A DNA stretch of 64,000 nt from Heteronotia binoei. Its lineage: Eukaryota. The stretch lies in NCBI RefSeq assembly GCF_032191835.1, contig NC_083243.1, positions 101,742,001 through 101,806,000 of the forward strand, read 5' to 3'. Shown here in pieces: positions 26,701 through 40,300 of the stretch (its first letter is position 1; every line of letters starts with the position of its first letter). The notes beneath the pieces were generated by a model, which saw nothing but the letters and a program-made list of their open reading frames with translations, ran no database searches and was not told the origin of the DNA. A program made the translations under genes and the position numbers.

Positions 26701-27960
26701 CCCGCAACCTTCCTCCTGCCGCTTCGAGACTTTGGCAGACAGTCCATACTGTTTGTCACCATCTCAGTGGACAACTCTGATTCATTACCCAGTAGAAAAG
26801 TAACAGCTAACCCTTCATCTCTTTGAGATGAGTCCTCCCAAACCAGAGACATTTCATCTCCTGTCGGCTTTCCCCCAAGATTTAGTTTAAAAACTGCTCT
26901 GCCACCTTTTTGATTTTAAGCACCAGCAGCCTGGTTCCATCTGGGGACAAGTGGGGACCATCTCTTTTGTACAGCTCCTGCTTGTTCCAGAAAGCATCCC
27001 AGTGCCTAACAAACTTAAACCCTTCCTCCTTACACCATCGTCTCATCCACACATTGAGACTTCTAATTTGTGCCTGCCCTGCACGTGGAAGCGCTTCTGA
27101 GAAGGTCCTGGCCTTAAGTCTTCCGCCTAGCAGCCTAAATTTTTCCTCCAGGCCTCACGACTGCATTTCCCCACATCATTGGTGCCAACATGCACCACAA
27201 CCACTGGCTCCTCCCCAGCACTGTCTATCAGCCTATCTACTACACGCGTAATGTCTGCTACCTTTGCACCAGGCAGGCAAGTCACCATACGGTCAGTACG
27301 CAGTTTTGCCACCCAGCTGTCTATTTGCCCAAGGATCGAATCACCAACTACCAAGACCCCCCCCCCCTCTCTCCCCACCCAGGGATGGTTCCTTGGTGCG
27401 AAAGGATTCCCACTCACCAACTGAAGAAGAGGTCCCTTCTGAGGGCGCATTCCCCTTATCCTCAGCACAGTGCCCTGTTCCCTCTCGACCCTCATGCTCC
27501 CTGGCAGCAATGGGGCTGCCACATTCAGAGCGGGGCTCATATAGTACGTCCCCGAGAGTCTTCCCCAAGTGTCTAATTGACTGTCTCTGCTTCTCCAGGT
27601 CAGTCACCTCAGCCTCAAGGGTACGAACTTGTTCCCTGAGGACCAGGAGCTCCTTGCAGCGAGCACGCACCCAAGACTTCTGTCCTGTGGGCAGATAGTC
27701 ATACATGTGACACTCAGTGCAAAACACTGGAAAGCCCCCACCCCCCTGCTGGCATTCTACCTTTATGATAGCTTTTTTAAAATATACAGTCCCCTTTTAA
27801 GTAGGTACAATCCCTGTTTCAATTCACTATACAGTCCCCTTGTAATATACAATCCCTGTTTCAACTCACTCTACTTAGTTGATTTTTCATTTACCCTCTT
27901 GAGTAACTTGGAACTGGAAGCATTCCAGCTTGAAGCTAGAATAGTTCTACTGACCAGCTC
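23760..27960 (-). mobile_element. Near full-length CR1 LINE (ORF1 zinc finger/coiled coil/SGNH esterase; ORF2 EN-RT), frameshifted
   Basis: ORF1: FCTECHMY, VLVVGDSI and VVHVGTNDV. ORF2: CLYANARS, GISETWW, GDFNYP, YLDFQKAFD and FADDSKL. The 5' boundary is approximate. Confidence 0.92.
24067..24335 (+). mobile_element. tRNA-derived SINE (Squam3-like, L2-type tail) nested in the CR1 3' region
   Basis: A box TGGTGTAGTGG, B-box-like GGTTTGATTCC, tail GAGGGCGGGATATAAAT. The CR1 sequence resumes on both sides. Confidence 0.85.
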
Positions 27961-28269
27961 TTGACATGAACTTCTGTTGTTAGGTATTAGAGTGAATATT
28001 TGCTATTATCTCGACTACTTGACTTTTCTAATTCTCCAGCCCAGCTGTACTATTGCCTCAATAAACGGCCCCCGATTTCATTTTCAGGATTCTCAGGATT
28101 CCTTCCAAGCTTGTTGAGGCACCTCACCACTTTGTCAAAGATCCCTTATAGCCATTTGCATAGGTCACTGCCCAAACCAAGGGCATTACAAAAAATAATG
28201 TTTAGAACCTAAGCCAGTAGCATAGACATGAAAGTTGTCAGAAAAAGGGCTTTCTTCCTTACTATTTGG

Positions 28270-29697
28270 GGGTTCAGAGGTGGCTCGGCGGTGCTGATGT
28301 TGCTAGACCAGTCGGCAGCATTCAACACAGTCCACCATCAGCCTCGCTGACACTGGGATCCAGGAGTTGGCCTTGAAGTGGCTTTCCTCCTTTCTCCAGG
28401 GTTGGGGACAGAGGGTGGCGCTAGGAGAGGAACTGTCCCGACACCCACTTATCTGTGGGGTGCCACAGGGAGCAGTTCTTTCTCCGATGTTATTCAACAT
28501 CTACATGTGCCCCCTCACCCAGATTGCCCAGAAGTATGGGCTGGGTTGTCACCAGTATGCAGATGACACCCAGCTCTGTTGATGGGTAGCCAGTCTGACT
28601 CCACCCCGGAAGATCTGTCTTCAGCACTGCAAGCTATGGCGGGGTGGCTCAGGCTGAGTAGACTGAAATTAAATCCGATAAAGACAGAGGTCCTGTATCT
28701 GAGTTGCCACGGTTCGGGACCAGAGGTCCGCTTATTGACCTTCGATGGAGCGCAGCTCACGCTGGTGCCCAAGGTTAAAAACTTAGGGGTGCTCTTGAAT
28801 CCCTCCAACAATGGAGGCCCAAGAAGCTGCCACTTAGTGCCAAGTCAGCCTTTTACCATTTGCGGATGGCAAGGCAGTTGGTCCCCTTTCTTGAATGCAA
28901 CGACTTGGCAAAAGTCATTGCCATGATCCATGCCACGGTCACCTCGAGACTGGATTACTGTAATGCCCTCTACATGGGGCTTCCCTTGTCCCAAATCCGG
29001 CGACTCCAGCTAGTGCAGAATGCTGCAGCCAGGCTGTTAATGGGAGTTCTTCTACAGGAACACATTCAGCCTGTGCTGAAAGCGCTGCACTGGCTACCGA
29101 TAGTGTACCAGATTCTCTTCAAGGTGCTGATTATTACCTTTAAAGCCCTATATGGCCAGGGTCCTGCATACCTTGGGGACCGCCTTTCCCTGCACATGCC
29201 CCAGCGAGCACTTCGGTCTGGGTCTCAAAACTTCTTAACAGTTCCCAGCATCAGAGAAGTGAGATTCAAATCAACGAGAGCCAGGGCCTTTTCCGTTGCT
29301 GCCCTTAGCTGGTGGAATGAGTTGCTAGAGGAGGTCAGGGCCCTGCAAGAGCTTCCACAGGGCCTGCAAAACAGCACTCTTCCACCATGCATTCTCATGA
29401 TGACAACACCTGCAGCAATGGGATCGGCCCATAAAAACATTACCAACAGTCAACCTCATCACACTACGGTGATCCTAGGACCTCTTAGAATGGTAATCAC
29501 CATTAGAACTTGATTGCTGTCTGAAACCATGATACTAGCACACATAGATGTTTTAGAAATTGGTTTTATGTTTTATGTTTTTATTGTTGTTTTATTTTAT
29601 TTGGTCACACTACTGTGACTGTGTGACCTTTAATTTGTGAGTCGCCATAAGCCTGCCTTCGGTGGGGAGGACGGGATATAAATCAAATAAATAAATA
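28270..29697 (+). mobile_element. L2 LINE, 5'-truncated and decayed
   Basis: GVPQGAVLSP, YADDTQL and LDYCNAL motifs; 3' tail like that of the copy ending near 41330. Confidence 0.88.
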
Positions 29698-29968
29698 CAT
29701 ATTTCAGACTGAATTTGGGTTTGGATTGCAAAGCAGACTATATTCATACTGACATATGCCTACGGTACATGGGTCTTCTTACCACAAATGTTCAGTAAAT
29801 AAACATTTCTGCTAGCATTTTGGTAACCCATCAACAATATGCTCAAGTGCATTGGATTCCAATTACCACCGAGTTTGAAGTTACTACACATGAACTGTCA
29901 TAGGACATTTCACTGATAACATTTATTTAAACAGATGAAATGGGGTAGTATTCCACTTCCCTGCTTAC

Positions 29969-30066
29969 CTGACTGTCTAAATGGGCATAGACCAGCTTGA
30001 CATTCCCGTAGAGAAACACACTGTGAGTGATACCCCCATAGAATGGGGTAGCAATCAGGAAGGCTT
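29969..30066 (-). CDS. ACCS: Coding exon 7 (EAFLIATPFYGGITHSVFLYGNVKLVYAHLDSQ)
   Basis: 98 nt; CAG acceptor and GTAAGC donor; class I/II aminotransferase P-x-Y motif. Confidence 0.95.
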
Positions 30067-32298
30067 CTGAAATGAAACAATAAAGTCAATTATACCACTG
30101 CTGCAGTCTGTCTTTTTGAAATTGATTACTGGGACAATACAACTGAGGCCAGGGTTTCAGTTTAATCTCCCTCTGAATATCTCCAAAAAACCCAAGAGAG
30201 TCTACTTTTCCTCCAAAGATGGTCATTCTGGTGCATGTTTAATGCCAGTTTCACCCCTTGGAGGGCAGCACACACTCTTCAGGTTCTAGATTAATGTAAG
30301 ATTGCAGACTATTTTATATCAATTGAGTACCCTTACCAAATTACCAATATTAAGCAAGGAGGAAGAGAACGCCAGGAGAATCAGGGAAATCCAAAGAGGC
30401 ACCTCAATGAACATATATACCAGTGTGACCCAATCAATATCTCCAGCAGCCAGAATAATAATCAAACTGCCTCCTTCAAGGGCCACTTTGGGCATTCTCC
30501 AGAAAGACTGAGAGAAGAACAGAACTCACACTTCCTCAACCGCTGCTTCCTCATCCCTTTCAGAGTAGTAGAATGTTTATAATCCCACAGGGAGATGAAT
30601 ATTCTATCCCTGCATCAGAGGAGCATCTATTTGATTTGATCCAGAAATTCATCTGAGAAATAGTGTGAATCATTAAATGTTACCCCTTTTGCTACTTCTT
30701 GTAAATATCTAAAATGGTCTAAACTTTATACTGAAGATACAAAGAATTTATAGTTACAAAATCATAAAAATGAAGAAAATTTAAAGATTCAGCAAAGTAC
30801 CTAGATGGGACCATCTACATGATGATGGGAGGGCCATCCATATGGGTTGGATCTTGTGATCCGTGAGTGTAAAGATCACAGTTCTTCCCCATGTTCCTCT
30901 CCCTGCAGCAGACCTTTTTGATCCCAGGAAAGTTTATTCCCAGGGTTAGGGAGCCCATGTGAATGAATAGTCATGCAGGTCAGGAGGCTACCAGTTGGGA
31001 GGGAGAAGGTGGCAAAATCACTTGTCAGCAGAGCTGCACTAACAAAAGAAGGCCAGGCCATTTAACACTTTTCTTCTTCCCAACACTGGCTGTTAGCCCA
31101 CATGCATCCTACAACCCTGGAAATAAACTTTCCCAGTGTCAGAAGGAACTGTGGGGGGAGGAAGCAGGGGAAATATCTATGACCATCAGCATCCTCTGCT
31201 TACAGATACCATGACAGAACCTTTCATCTGCTTCCCCATCTTCCCCAATCAAGTTTCCCCAACAAGAGCGGGGCTGAGAAGTGAAAATGGATCAAGCCAA
31301 ACCAAGCAGCCCCTGCCAGTGCTGCAGGGCTGCTCACAAATTGGTTCTTCAAACAAGCTGGTAGTTGCTTGTTAGCTGATACCAGTTGCTACTGCCAATG
31401 AAGGGCCTGAGTCAATGGCAGAGTTGCTGGGGCTTGGCTCTGTTTTCTCTTGGCTCTGTTTTCTCGTGGTCAGCTGGGGCAGCGGAAACTTCTCTGTAAG
31501 TTAAATGGCCAGTCAACCCATGACTACCATATCTACTAATAAATTTTAACTCCACAAAATTTGCTAGCAGAAATTAAAATGGAATGTTTGTCCTTTCATG
31601 CAGTGCAGCAGTACAGCTATAGTAAACCATGCTTCCTCCAAGCCTGTCTGAATACAATGTCATCCATGTGGTTTTGTCATATCAGTGCATGAAAGGGTCA
31701 ACACAATATACTTCTGTAGGCAGAAAGATCAACTGTGGAGATTTAGCACTATGGAAGGAGGAAAGTGGCTCAGCTGGCCAAAGATATCTTATTACAGCTG
31801 GCTACACAATAGACTAGAGACACTTGTGCAAATCTCTTTTCCATAATATTAAACAGTTGTAAGGATGAGGTTGGTTTGGATCATAAGCTTAGTGCTGAGA
31901 GAAAGTAATTCTGCATGTCCCTCTGTATGGAAAATTGATAAATCAACCACCAGATTATATGGTACTGGGGGGGGGGGCGGCGGGGAGCTCTACTGCAGTT
32001 TAGAACAATTGTGGGAAAGCAAGCTAAAGGTTAAAATCCCTTGCCTCATGCACTACAGTTCTGATCAAATGCCCTCTTCCTCCCCCCAGCTCCCGCTGCT
32101 TTTTAATGTAAAAAATATCTGGAAATCCAATCACAAATTTTCTATGTACCTTACAGGACAACATTCAGATGCGTTCAAGCAGAGTACATGGCAAAAACTA
32201 GCATTAGCAAATTGCTATTCCCCATAAAAGTGATTATGTTATTCCTACTGTACTTCCATCCAAACAATTTTGTTTTAATTGCTCTCATTCACACTTAC

Positions 32299-32365
32299 CC
32301 CCAGGATCACAGAGGACTGTAGCTAAAGCAGAAAACAGAGAGCCACAGCCATTCTGCACAATTAC
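32299..32365 (-). CDS. ACCS: Coding exon 6 (VIVQNGCGSLFSALATVLCDPG)
   Basis: 67 nt; CAG acceptor and GTAAGT donor; PLP phosphate-binding loop region. Confidence 0.95.
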
Positions 32366-33899
32366 CTGCAGAAGAGATTGTGGGACAAATGTTACTCTCT
32401 GTCACAAAAGAGTATTCACCATACAAAACATCTGACACTAAGTATGGAAATCTACTCCCATCCATATCTTCAAAGCACAAATAATTGTTCCACTTATAAA
32501 TTCAAGATGCCAACACCTTGGCAAAAGACAAAGATTTGATTGTGCAAGTGCTATGAATCAAGGTTATGACACAACTGTGGTGAGCCACAGTCTTGAAGAG
32601 AAAGTACCATTGTGAAATCAATTAAGGCTCTTGAACCATCAGAAAGTCAGGAAAAGGTGATATATTCCTTTCAGGGAAGTAGTTAATTAGCATTATTTTA
32701 TTCAGAAATCATCATCTATTATTTTGACATGGTCAAACAAATGTTTCATGACAAGCCAGTCTTTTTTTAAAAAATCCATTTCCTGGCTATCAGTCCAAAA
32801 ATGGTTTAGAGTGAGATTAAATTAAAATTAAAGAATAAACATAAATTAAAATGTATGCTATTTTATGGTTTTATTGTATTTTTACTTCGTAAGTAACCTC
32901 GGGTAGGTGTCTAAAGAGGCAGCACTTAAATTTTGAAATAAAACTAAACAAAGCAAAACCCCCACAAAGTACTATATAAACTGTAATACTTCACCTACCA
33001 TAAAAAAAGAACTGCAGAAGCCCATATAAAGTCTAAGTCCAGTTAATTCATTCATAAGTTAATCAAGAAAATATTATAGGCCAAACTACACATGACTGCC
33101 TCTCACCAAGTTGAGTCTCATTTTTCCCACCTGATTCCCATTCACTTCAGTCACAAAGCATCTGCTGGAAACTAATTTCCCAAGTGCCTTGAGGCCCCAA
33201 TTTGGACTGACTGTGGTGATCAGGATCTTGGTCTCTTTATTATGGTAGAAATGGGCATGCAGGAATCAACAGGTCTGCATATACTCAAAGTTCTATCCTG
33301 GTTTTTACAATAATCTTCCTGGGTTTTAAACTAGACCTGCTGGAGTAGATCTGTGATTAGAATCCTGTACTCCAAATCTGAAGATAACAGAAGGGTCATT
33401 AGGAAAGAAGATGTTAAACCCTTTACTCCAATTAAATAATTAAATGCTTCCTCCAGAGCTGCACACAGGATAGGAGACAGAGCTAGTTGCTGATCCAGGG
33501 GCATAGGTGGGTCAGAATTTCAAATGCTGAAGATACAATGGAGGAAAAGACTAAATACCCCTTGCCCAGCAACCATTCTTCAAAACAGCTCTGTGGCATT
33601 GCTGTATACCTTTAAAAGTATGGGAGATTCTAATCAGGATCTATCAAATTGCCTACTTTATTCTCACCTGAAAGCCCTTAGAGACAGGTAACTATTTCTA
33701 GCTGAATTCATCTTTATCTCCAATGGGGACCCCAAGTGGCTTACATCACTCCCCTCTCCTCCATTTTATTCTCACACCATTGTGATGAGTGGGAATTCAA
33801 ATTAGGGTCTCCCAGATCCTAATCTGACTCTGCACTACGCTGGCTCTCAGTGAATCTGACAGTGAAGGGTTAAAAAGAAAAGAAAAGCAATTGACCTAC

Positions 33900-33969
33900 A
33901 TTTTCCGCTTTCAGAGGTGCAGGTGCCTTGCAGTAATATGTCAAAAATCGAGCTACTTCCTCCCGCAAG
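33900..33969 (-). CDS. ACCS: Coding exon 5 (FLREEVARFLTYYCKAPAPLKAEN)
   Basis: 70 nt; CAG acceptor and GTAGGT donor; phase matches the neighbouring exons. Confidence 0.93.
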
Positions 33970-34636
33970 CTGAAGAACACAAGTAAGTCTTATAGAGCAA
34001 CCATGAAATACATTTCATCGGGCCAACTGACATCACATATTTCACACAGCAGATGCCATAAAATCCACCGTTCCTTTAGATTTTAAACATAAATGCCCCC
34101 TTCAAGTAGCTGAAGCATTATTCCCCTAGCCGAATCCTTTCAGCAGGGAGGGCGGGATATAAATCAAATCAAATAAATAAATTCAGTCCACAGGTATAAT
34201 GGCTGCATTTGAGCAACACTATTTACAGGGTAATCCTAAAAAGAGTTACACCCTTCAAAACACACTGATTTCAATAGACTTGGAAGGGTATAACTCTGCT
34301 TAGGATGGCACTGAGAAATATTTTCAGAATTTCCCCTGTCAAATTCACTCAGTTGTCATATATTTTAAAATAAGAACTGGAATCTTACAAAAGAAATAGG
34401 TCTTTCTGATGATAAATCAACCCAGCTATTCTCTCAGGTATAGCCAAGTGCTCTGTTCCACAGAAAGATCCAATGAGCTGCTGCAAAATAAGAATAAAGC
34501 TTTGGACCGCTTTGCATGCTATTCTTTCCAGTGAATAGATAAATAACTTACATAAGAGAAAGAAAAGAAAGAGGCCATGCTTCCTAATCATGCCATTCAG
34601 GAACAGGACCCTAAATTCAGCCAGCAATGTTTACAG

Positions 34637-35067
34637 CATGGGCGTCAAACTCATTTGTTATGAGGGCCAGATGTGACATAAATGAGACCTTATCGGGCCA
34701 GGCCATATTGGGCAGGGCCATGTGTGTACCTATTTAAGATGAGACAGCAGAGATATAAACTTTATAAAGCACACAGACAAACACAGTTTTAAAAACCTAA
34801 AATAAAACATGCTTAAAACATTAGCACTTGTTGGTCTTAAAGGCGGACCAGGAAGGGGAGGAGCCTCACCCAATAGAATGAAGAGAGGCTTGGCTCAGTA
34901 GCTCTGCTGTGCGATTGAGCAAGCCTTGCAAAGCAAGGTGTTATGCAGAAGAAAGCAAGAGAGACGGAGAAGGAAGCAGATGACAGCCAGTTGCTCAAGG
35001 ACCTGATAGGAGCCTTCTGGGGGGGGGGGTCTGATTTGGCCCTCAGGCTGCATGTTTGACACCCCTG
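34637..35067. mobile_element. hAT (Charlie-like) MITE
   Basis: Ends CATGGGCGTCAAAC and GTTTGACACCCCTG; flanks GTTTACAG and GTCGACAG (6/8 match as TSD). Confidence 0.75.
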
Positions 35068-36355
35068 GTCGACAGGATCTCAGGCAGCATCATTAGGGAA
35101 GTGCTAGGATTGTTCCTTGGAAAGCCAGTTGGACCCATGGTTTGTCTCATGGGCAGCTTCACCTGTTGTTCTTTTTCAGCATATGGTCAATCTTTGCCAT
35201 TTGCCTTTCCATGGTCTTGGCTACCATAACTGTTACATTTTTCCATTTATACAACATTGTAAGACCTTTGTGCAGGTATTTACAGAGTGGCAAGTGGCAA
35301 ACTTGCAAACAATAACATAGTGTGAAGGGATAAGAAGATGACAATAGCAGTGCATAAAAACAAGCATTTGAGATCCAACTGGATTTCACATATTCCTTCA
35401 TCTCATAAGAAAAGGAGGTATGAAGTCTGCTGCACATAAACTAACAGAAATCCACACCCAATATGTCATCCATGTATGTAGCATGATAATTTGAGCATCC
35501 TTAGGTGTCTCTTAGTGCCAAAAAGACAAGAAACTCTCTGAAAACTGTTTCTGCAGTTTCACCATGATAAATAAAAGACATTTAATGGAAATGAAGTGGC
35601 TACATGCTCCATTTTTGTGAAGAGCTGCTACAATTACATTTGAACATACAAATCACACAAAAGCCATTACACACAAGCTACCATGCTCTGTAGTAATTTC
35701 TATAAAAAACATTATTTCTCTAGCCCTGAGAAACCATACAAGGCTGCAAAGTGAACATTTTCTAAAGACATGTTTACATCACCATCATCCCATACAGCTG
35801 GTTTGTTAGTATATATTTGGAATATCTCAGAATCTGATGATCTTTCATTCATATATGAGAAACAGGGGGGAGAACTAGATATGACATCAAGCACGAGCTG
35901 GACTTAAGGTTCCCCTGCCTGACCCAACTCTGTTTGTGTCACAGCTGTTGTTATAAAACAAAATTCCCAAACGTACTAGGTCCTGATTCAGATTTGGACC
36001 ATGGTGTGGGGAAAGAAGGGGCTTCAGCCTCTTGCCACACACTGTTCTCCTGAGTCAAAATATCTTGGAGAAACTATTGTCCTGTTGTGAGCTGCAGAAG
36101 GCAAGTAACAATGCTGCGACTGCTTTGGCTCAGGAAAACAGTGAGGGGGTGGAGGCTAAGCCCCTTCTCCCGCTGAGCAAGGTTCCCAATCTGAATTGGG
36201 CTCCACTTTGCTTGGGAAATTTGTTCTCATATATAATGTGCGGCTGTGACACAGTTGGGTTAAGGGAACCCCAGCACTGACTGACATTAGACGTCATATC
36301 TAGTTTGGCCCATAGACACAAAGGAAAAAGGAATGCAAGAAGAAAGACTACTTAC

Positions 36356-36426
36356 AACATATGCCCTTTCCAGTCAGGATACTGTAGCAGTGGGGGCTCA
36401 ATGACATTCATGTCGCTTTGTGTTAG
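36356..36426 (-). CDS. ACCS: Coding exon 4 (LTQSDMNVIEPPLLQYPDWKGHM)
   Basis: 71 nt; AG acceptor and GTAAGT donor; ACCS QY-DW-GH motif. Not reported by the ORF track. Confidence 0.93.
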
Positions 36427-37349
36427 CTATCAGCAGTGAGAAACAATAAGAATTAGGCTAGACAACACAAACTGTCCTGCAAAGGTAAGACAGAGCACAT
36501 CAACTGTAATACTTCCATTAAAGACCTGCATTCACATCCACAAGCTGGAATACATTCTTCAAATTAACAAAATTTCAAACACATCTGTCTTGATCAGCAA
36601 GGCTTGTCCACCCCCTAATGTAGCCAATCCTTCTGGAGCTTACAGCAGGCCCTATACTAAGAGCCCTGTAAGCTCTTGGAGGATCGGCTACATCAAGGGT
36701 ATGTGGCCTAATATGCAAAGGAGTTCCTTCTACAAAAAAAGCTCTGTCCACCCCTTTCCTTTCATGGGACAGACATTACTGCAGATGGCTTATGCAACAT
36801 TAGCAGAACTTTCTGGGACAGACACAGAAGGAGCCTGCTGCCTCAGTGATCTCTGAGCTTCTCAGAGGAGATGGAGGGTGACCTGTTGCAATCCTGGAAA
36901 TGCTCCCTGACCCCTGAAAGTGATCCATCTCCAGTGGCTGCTGCTTCTGTCCATTGTTGGCTCCTTCACCTCCCTTTTTCGCTTTCAGCTCCAAGAGAAA
37001 CTTAAATCCTATCAGCTACAAATGTTGTGCATGGAAGTGGGCATCAGGGAGTGTAAGGAAAGGAATGGGAAAGGAAGATTTTTAGAAGTTTAAACAGGGA
37101 CATGTAGCATCTAACTGTTAACAACTTAAATGCCTAGAGATATACCATTTTTCTTCCTCTCTGGAAACAATGGAAGCCCAGGAGCCTCCAAAGCAGTAGA
37201 AAAACTGGCCAGTTCATAGTAACGGTGAAATATGAAAGACTTAAGTCAATGTAAGTTTATAAGGGATTATTGTTTAGGAAACCTAACTGCTCTGTGCAAA
37301 CACACAGGAAACAGCAAACAAATAAAACATACACTGAAGTGCAAAGAGC

Positions 37350-40300
37350 TAAAGAACTTAAGAGTATCTGTCCAGCATCAGACACCGACGAGAGGAACCT
37401 ATGCAGGAGACCTGGGAAGTAGCCGGGTGCTCGGACGGAGCGGGGCCCCTGAATGAACTGACTGTCTCTGCATACAGAGCAGGGAGTTTCACTTCGTGGT
37501 GGGGGAGCACGAGGGGGGTTTTGCCTTCCCGCGGGCTCGCCAGGCTACGCAGAAAATCATCGGACGGGACCCTTATCTGTTGGACCCTGCACCTGGAGGC
37601 TACTGGACTTTTACTTGGTACGGCATCCCCCCCCCACACACACCGGCGCTTATCCTCAACACTAACCTCAACTCTAACCTGGCACTCCGCACTTTATCAT
37701 CTCTAATATGCTGCCTTGCATAACATCACCCAGTACCTTATCCCACTTGTTTTACCTTAATTAGACAAGCATATTGCACTCAACAACAGCCTACCTCCAC
37801 CTACTCTGGAACAACTAGCTTAAAACGATAAATTTTTACTAATTAACTCATTTGACTTATTTATTGTGTATATTGGATAGAATTGTATAAATTTTTTTAG
37901 CTAATTAATTTAAAGATGACCAACAGGGTGGGACTATAATTAATTGATTAGGCTACTTGACTTGTATTTTTATCAATTAATATACATAGGAGATTGAGGG
38001 TTGGGGGTATTGGGTTAATTGGACACCAGGTCCTAGTAGGGCGGAGTGGTTTGGGGGGGGGCAGTAGTGTTTGTAGTGCTTAAGGGTGGCTAAGACAGCG
38101 GCTGCCACCAGCGGAGAATGACTGGTCCAGGGATTCCAGTGCTCCTGGGGAGGGGGAGGTATGGCGGTGGGAACAGATGGAGTAAGGGAGGAGGACTGAG
38201 ACAGGATAGTGCTCGATCCTCCTCCAATCTGTGTCCCATCCCAAGGGTGACAAGTAGCAGGGCCAGGTTGAATAACCCGCCTCCGTCATTGGTGCTATGC
38301 AACACCAGGTCCATTAACAACAAGACCTCAGTCCTTCGAGAGTTTTTACTCGAGCAGGACATGGACCTGGCTTGCGTGACTGAAACCTGGAATCGAGAGG
38401 GTGATACAGTAGCCCTCTCACAAACAGCTCCCCCGGGTTATTCAGTCTTCCACCAATCGCGGACTAGTGGGCGGGGGGGAGGAGTGGCATTATTTATACG
38501 AGAGGCTTACTCCTTTAGGGCGCTCCCGGCCCCAAGGATCGAGGGTATTGAATGTGCTGGTCTGGCGTGGGAGGCTGGGGAGGGGTTGGCGATCTGGCTG
38601 GTGTATCGTACGCCTAACGCACCAGCTAGCGCCTTACCGTCCCTGCTCGAGGCGGCGACAGGCTGGGCGCTGGAGCACCCAAGGCTGGTGATCCTGGGTG
38701 ACTTCAACGTCCATGCTGATGACCCGGCCTCCAATCAGGCGACGGACCTAGTGTCTTCCATGGCGACGCTAGGCCTCTCTCAATTTGTTACAACCCCCAC
38801 TCACCAGGCCGGGCACATGTTAGACCTGATCTTTGCGGCCGGGGTTACAGTGGACGATATAACCGCTGAAGCGGTGCCGTGGTCGGACCACTTCGCCTCA
38901 GGGCTCGTGTAGATATGCCATCCCAAACCGGTTTAGGCGACGAGCGTATTATGGCTCGCCCGCAGAGCCAGATGGACCCGGAACGGTTCCAAATGGCTCT
39001 GCGGGATTCCTGGCCCACTGGCGATTCCCTCAATGGCCTGGTTGAGACCTGGAACACTCGGCTCTCTAGGGCCATCGATGAGATCGCTCCTCGACGCCCT
39101 CTACGACCTCGGATTAGGCTGGCCCCGTGGTATACCCCGGAGTTACGCCAGCTGAAACAAGGCCTCAGACGGCTAGAGAGGCAATGGCGGCGTATCCGTG
39201 ACGAAGCGGCTAGAACATCTTATAGGAAGTTTATGAAGTCCTATGAGATGGCAGTCAAGGCAGCAAAGAAAACATACTTTGCGGCCAAGATTGCGTCTGC
39301 AAACTCGCGCCCGGCACAATTATTTAGGGTAATTCGGAATTTCACTATATTGCCACAGGGCAATCCAAAAGCTAAGGAACTGGAGATAGGCTGTGAGGCT
39401 TTCGCGAAATTTTTTGCAGATAAGATCCAGTCGCTCCGCTACGTCTGCCCTGCCAATTTAGACACAGTAAGTGAACTCAAGACCCAATGCATGTCTTCTA
39501 GTTTGATCTTGGATTGCTTTGACCCACTCAGCTTGGAGGAAGTCGACAGAATTCTTGTCACAGCACGCCCAACGACTTGTGATCTGGACCCATGCCCCTC
39601 CTGGCTAATTAAAACTTGCCAGGAGGAGCTAAGATGCCCTATACGGGACATCGTAAATAGATCTCTTTCAGACGGTCTCTTTCCAACACCCCTGAAAGAG
39701 GCAGTGGTCCGCCCTCTCTTGAAAAAGGCTACATCAGACCCGGCCGAATTGGCTCATTATCGGCCGGTCTCAAATTTGCCCTTTTTGGGCAAAATTATAG
39801 AGAGGGCTGTGGCGTTGCAGTTGCAGGATTTTCTGGATGACGCTTCCACCTTAGATCCATACCAGTCCGGCTTCTGCCCGGGCCATGGGACGGAGACAGT
39901 TCTAGTCGCCCTCATGGATGACCTCCGGCGACATCTGGACCGAGGCGGCTCGGCAGTACTGCTGTTGTTAGACCTGTCGGCAGCGTTCGATATGGTCGAC
40001 CACCGGCTGCTGACCCGCCGCCTCGCCGATGCAGGAATTCGGGGGCTAGCCTTACAGTGGCTCTCCTCCTTCCTTGAAGATCAGGGACAAAGGGTGGCGA
40101 TTGGAGGAGAGCTGTCCCAGAGACACCCACTTAACTGTGGGGTGCCTCAGGGGGCAGTTCTCTCCCCGATGTTATTTAACATCTACATGCGCCCCCTTGC
40201 CCAGATTGCCTGGAGGTATGGGCTGGGTTGCTACCAGTACGCTGATGACACCCAGCTTTATCTATTGATGGACGGCCGGACTGACGATGTCCCTATAAAT

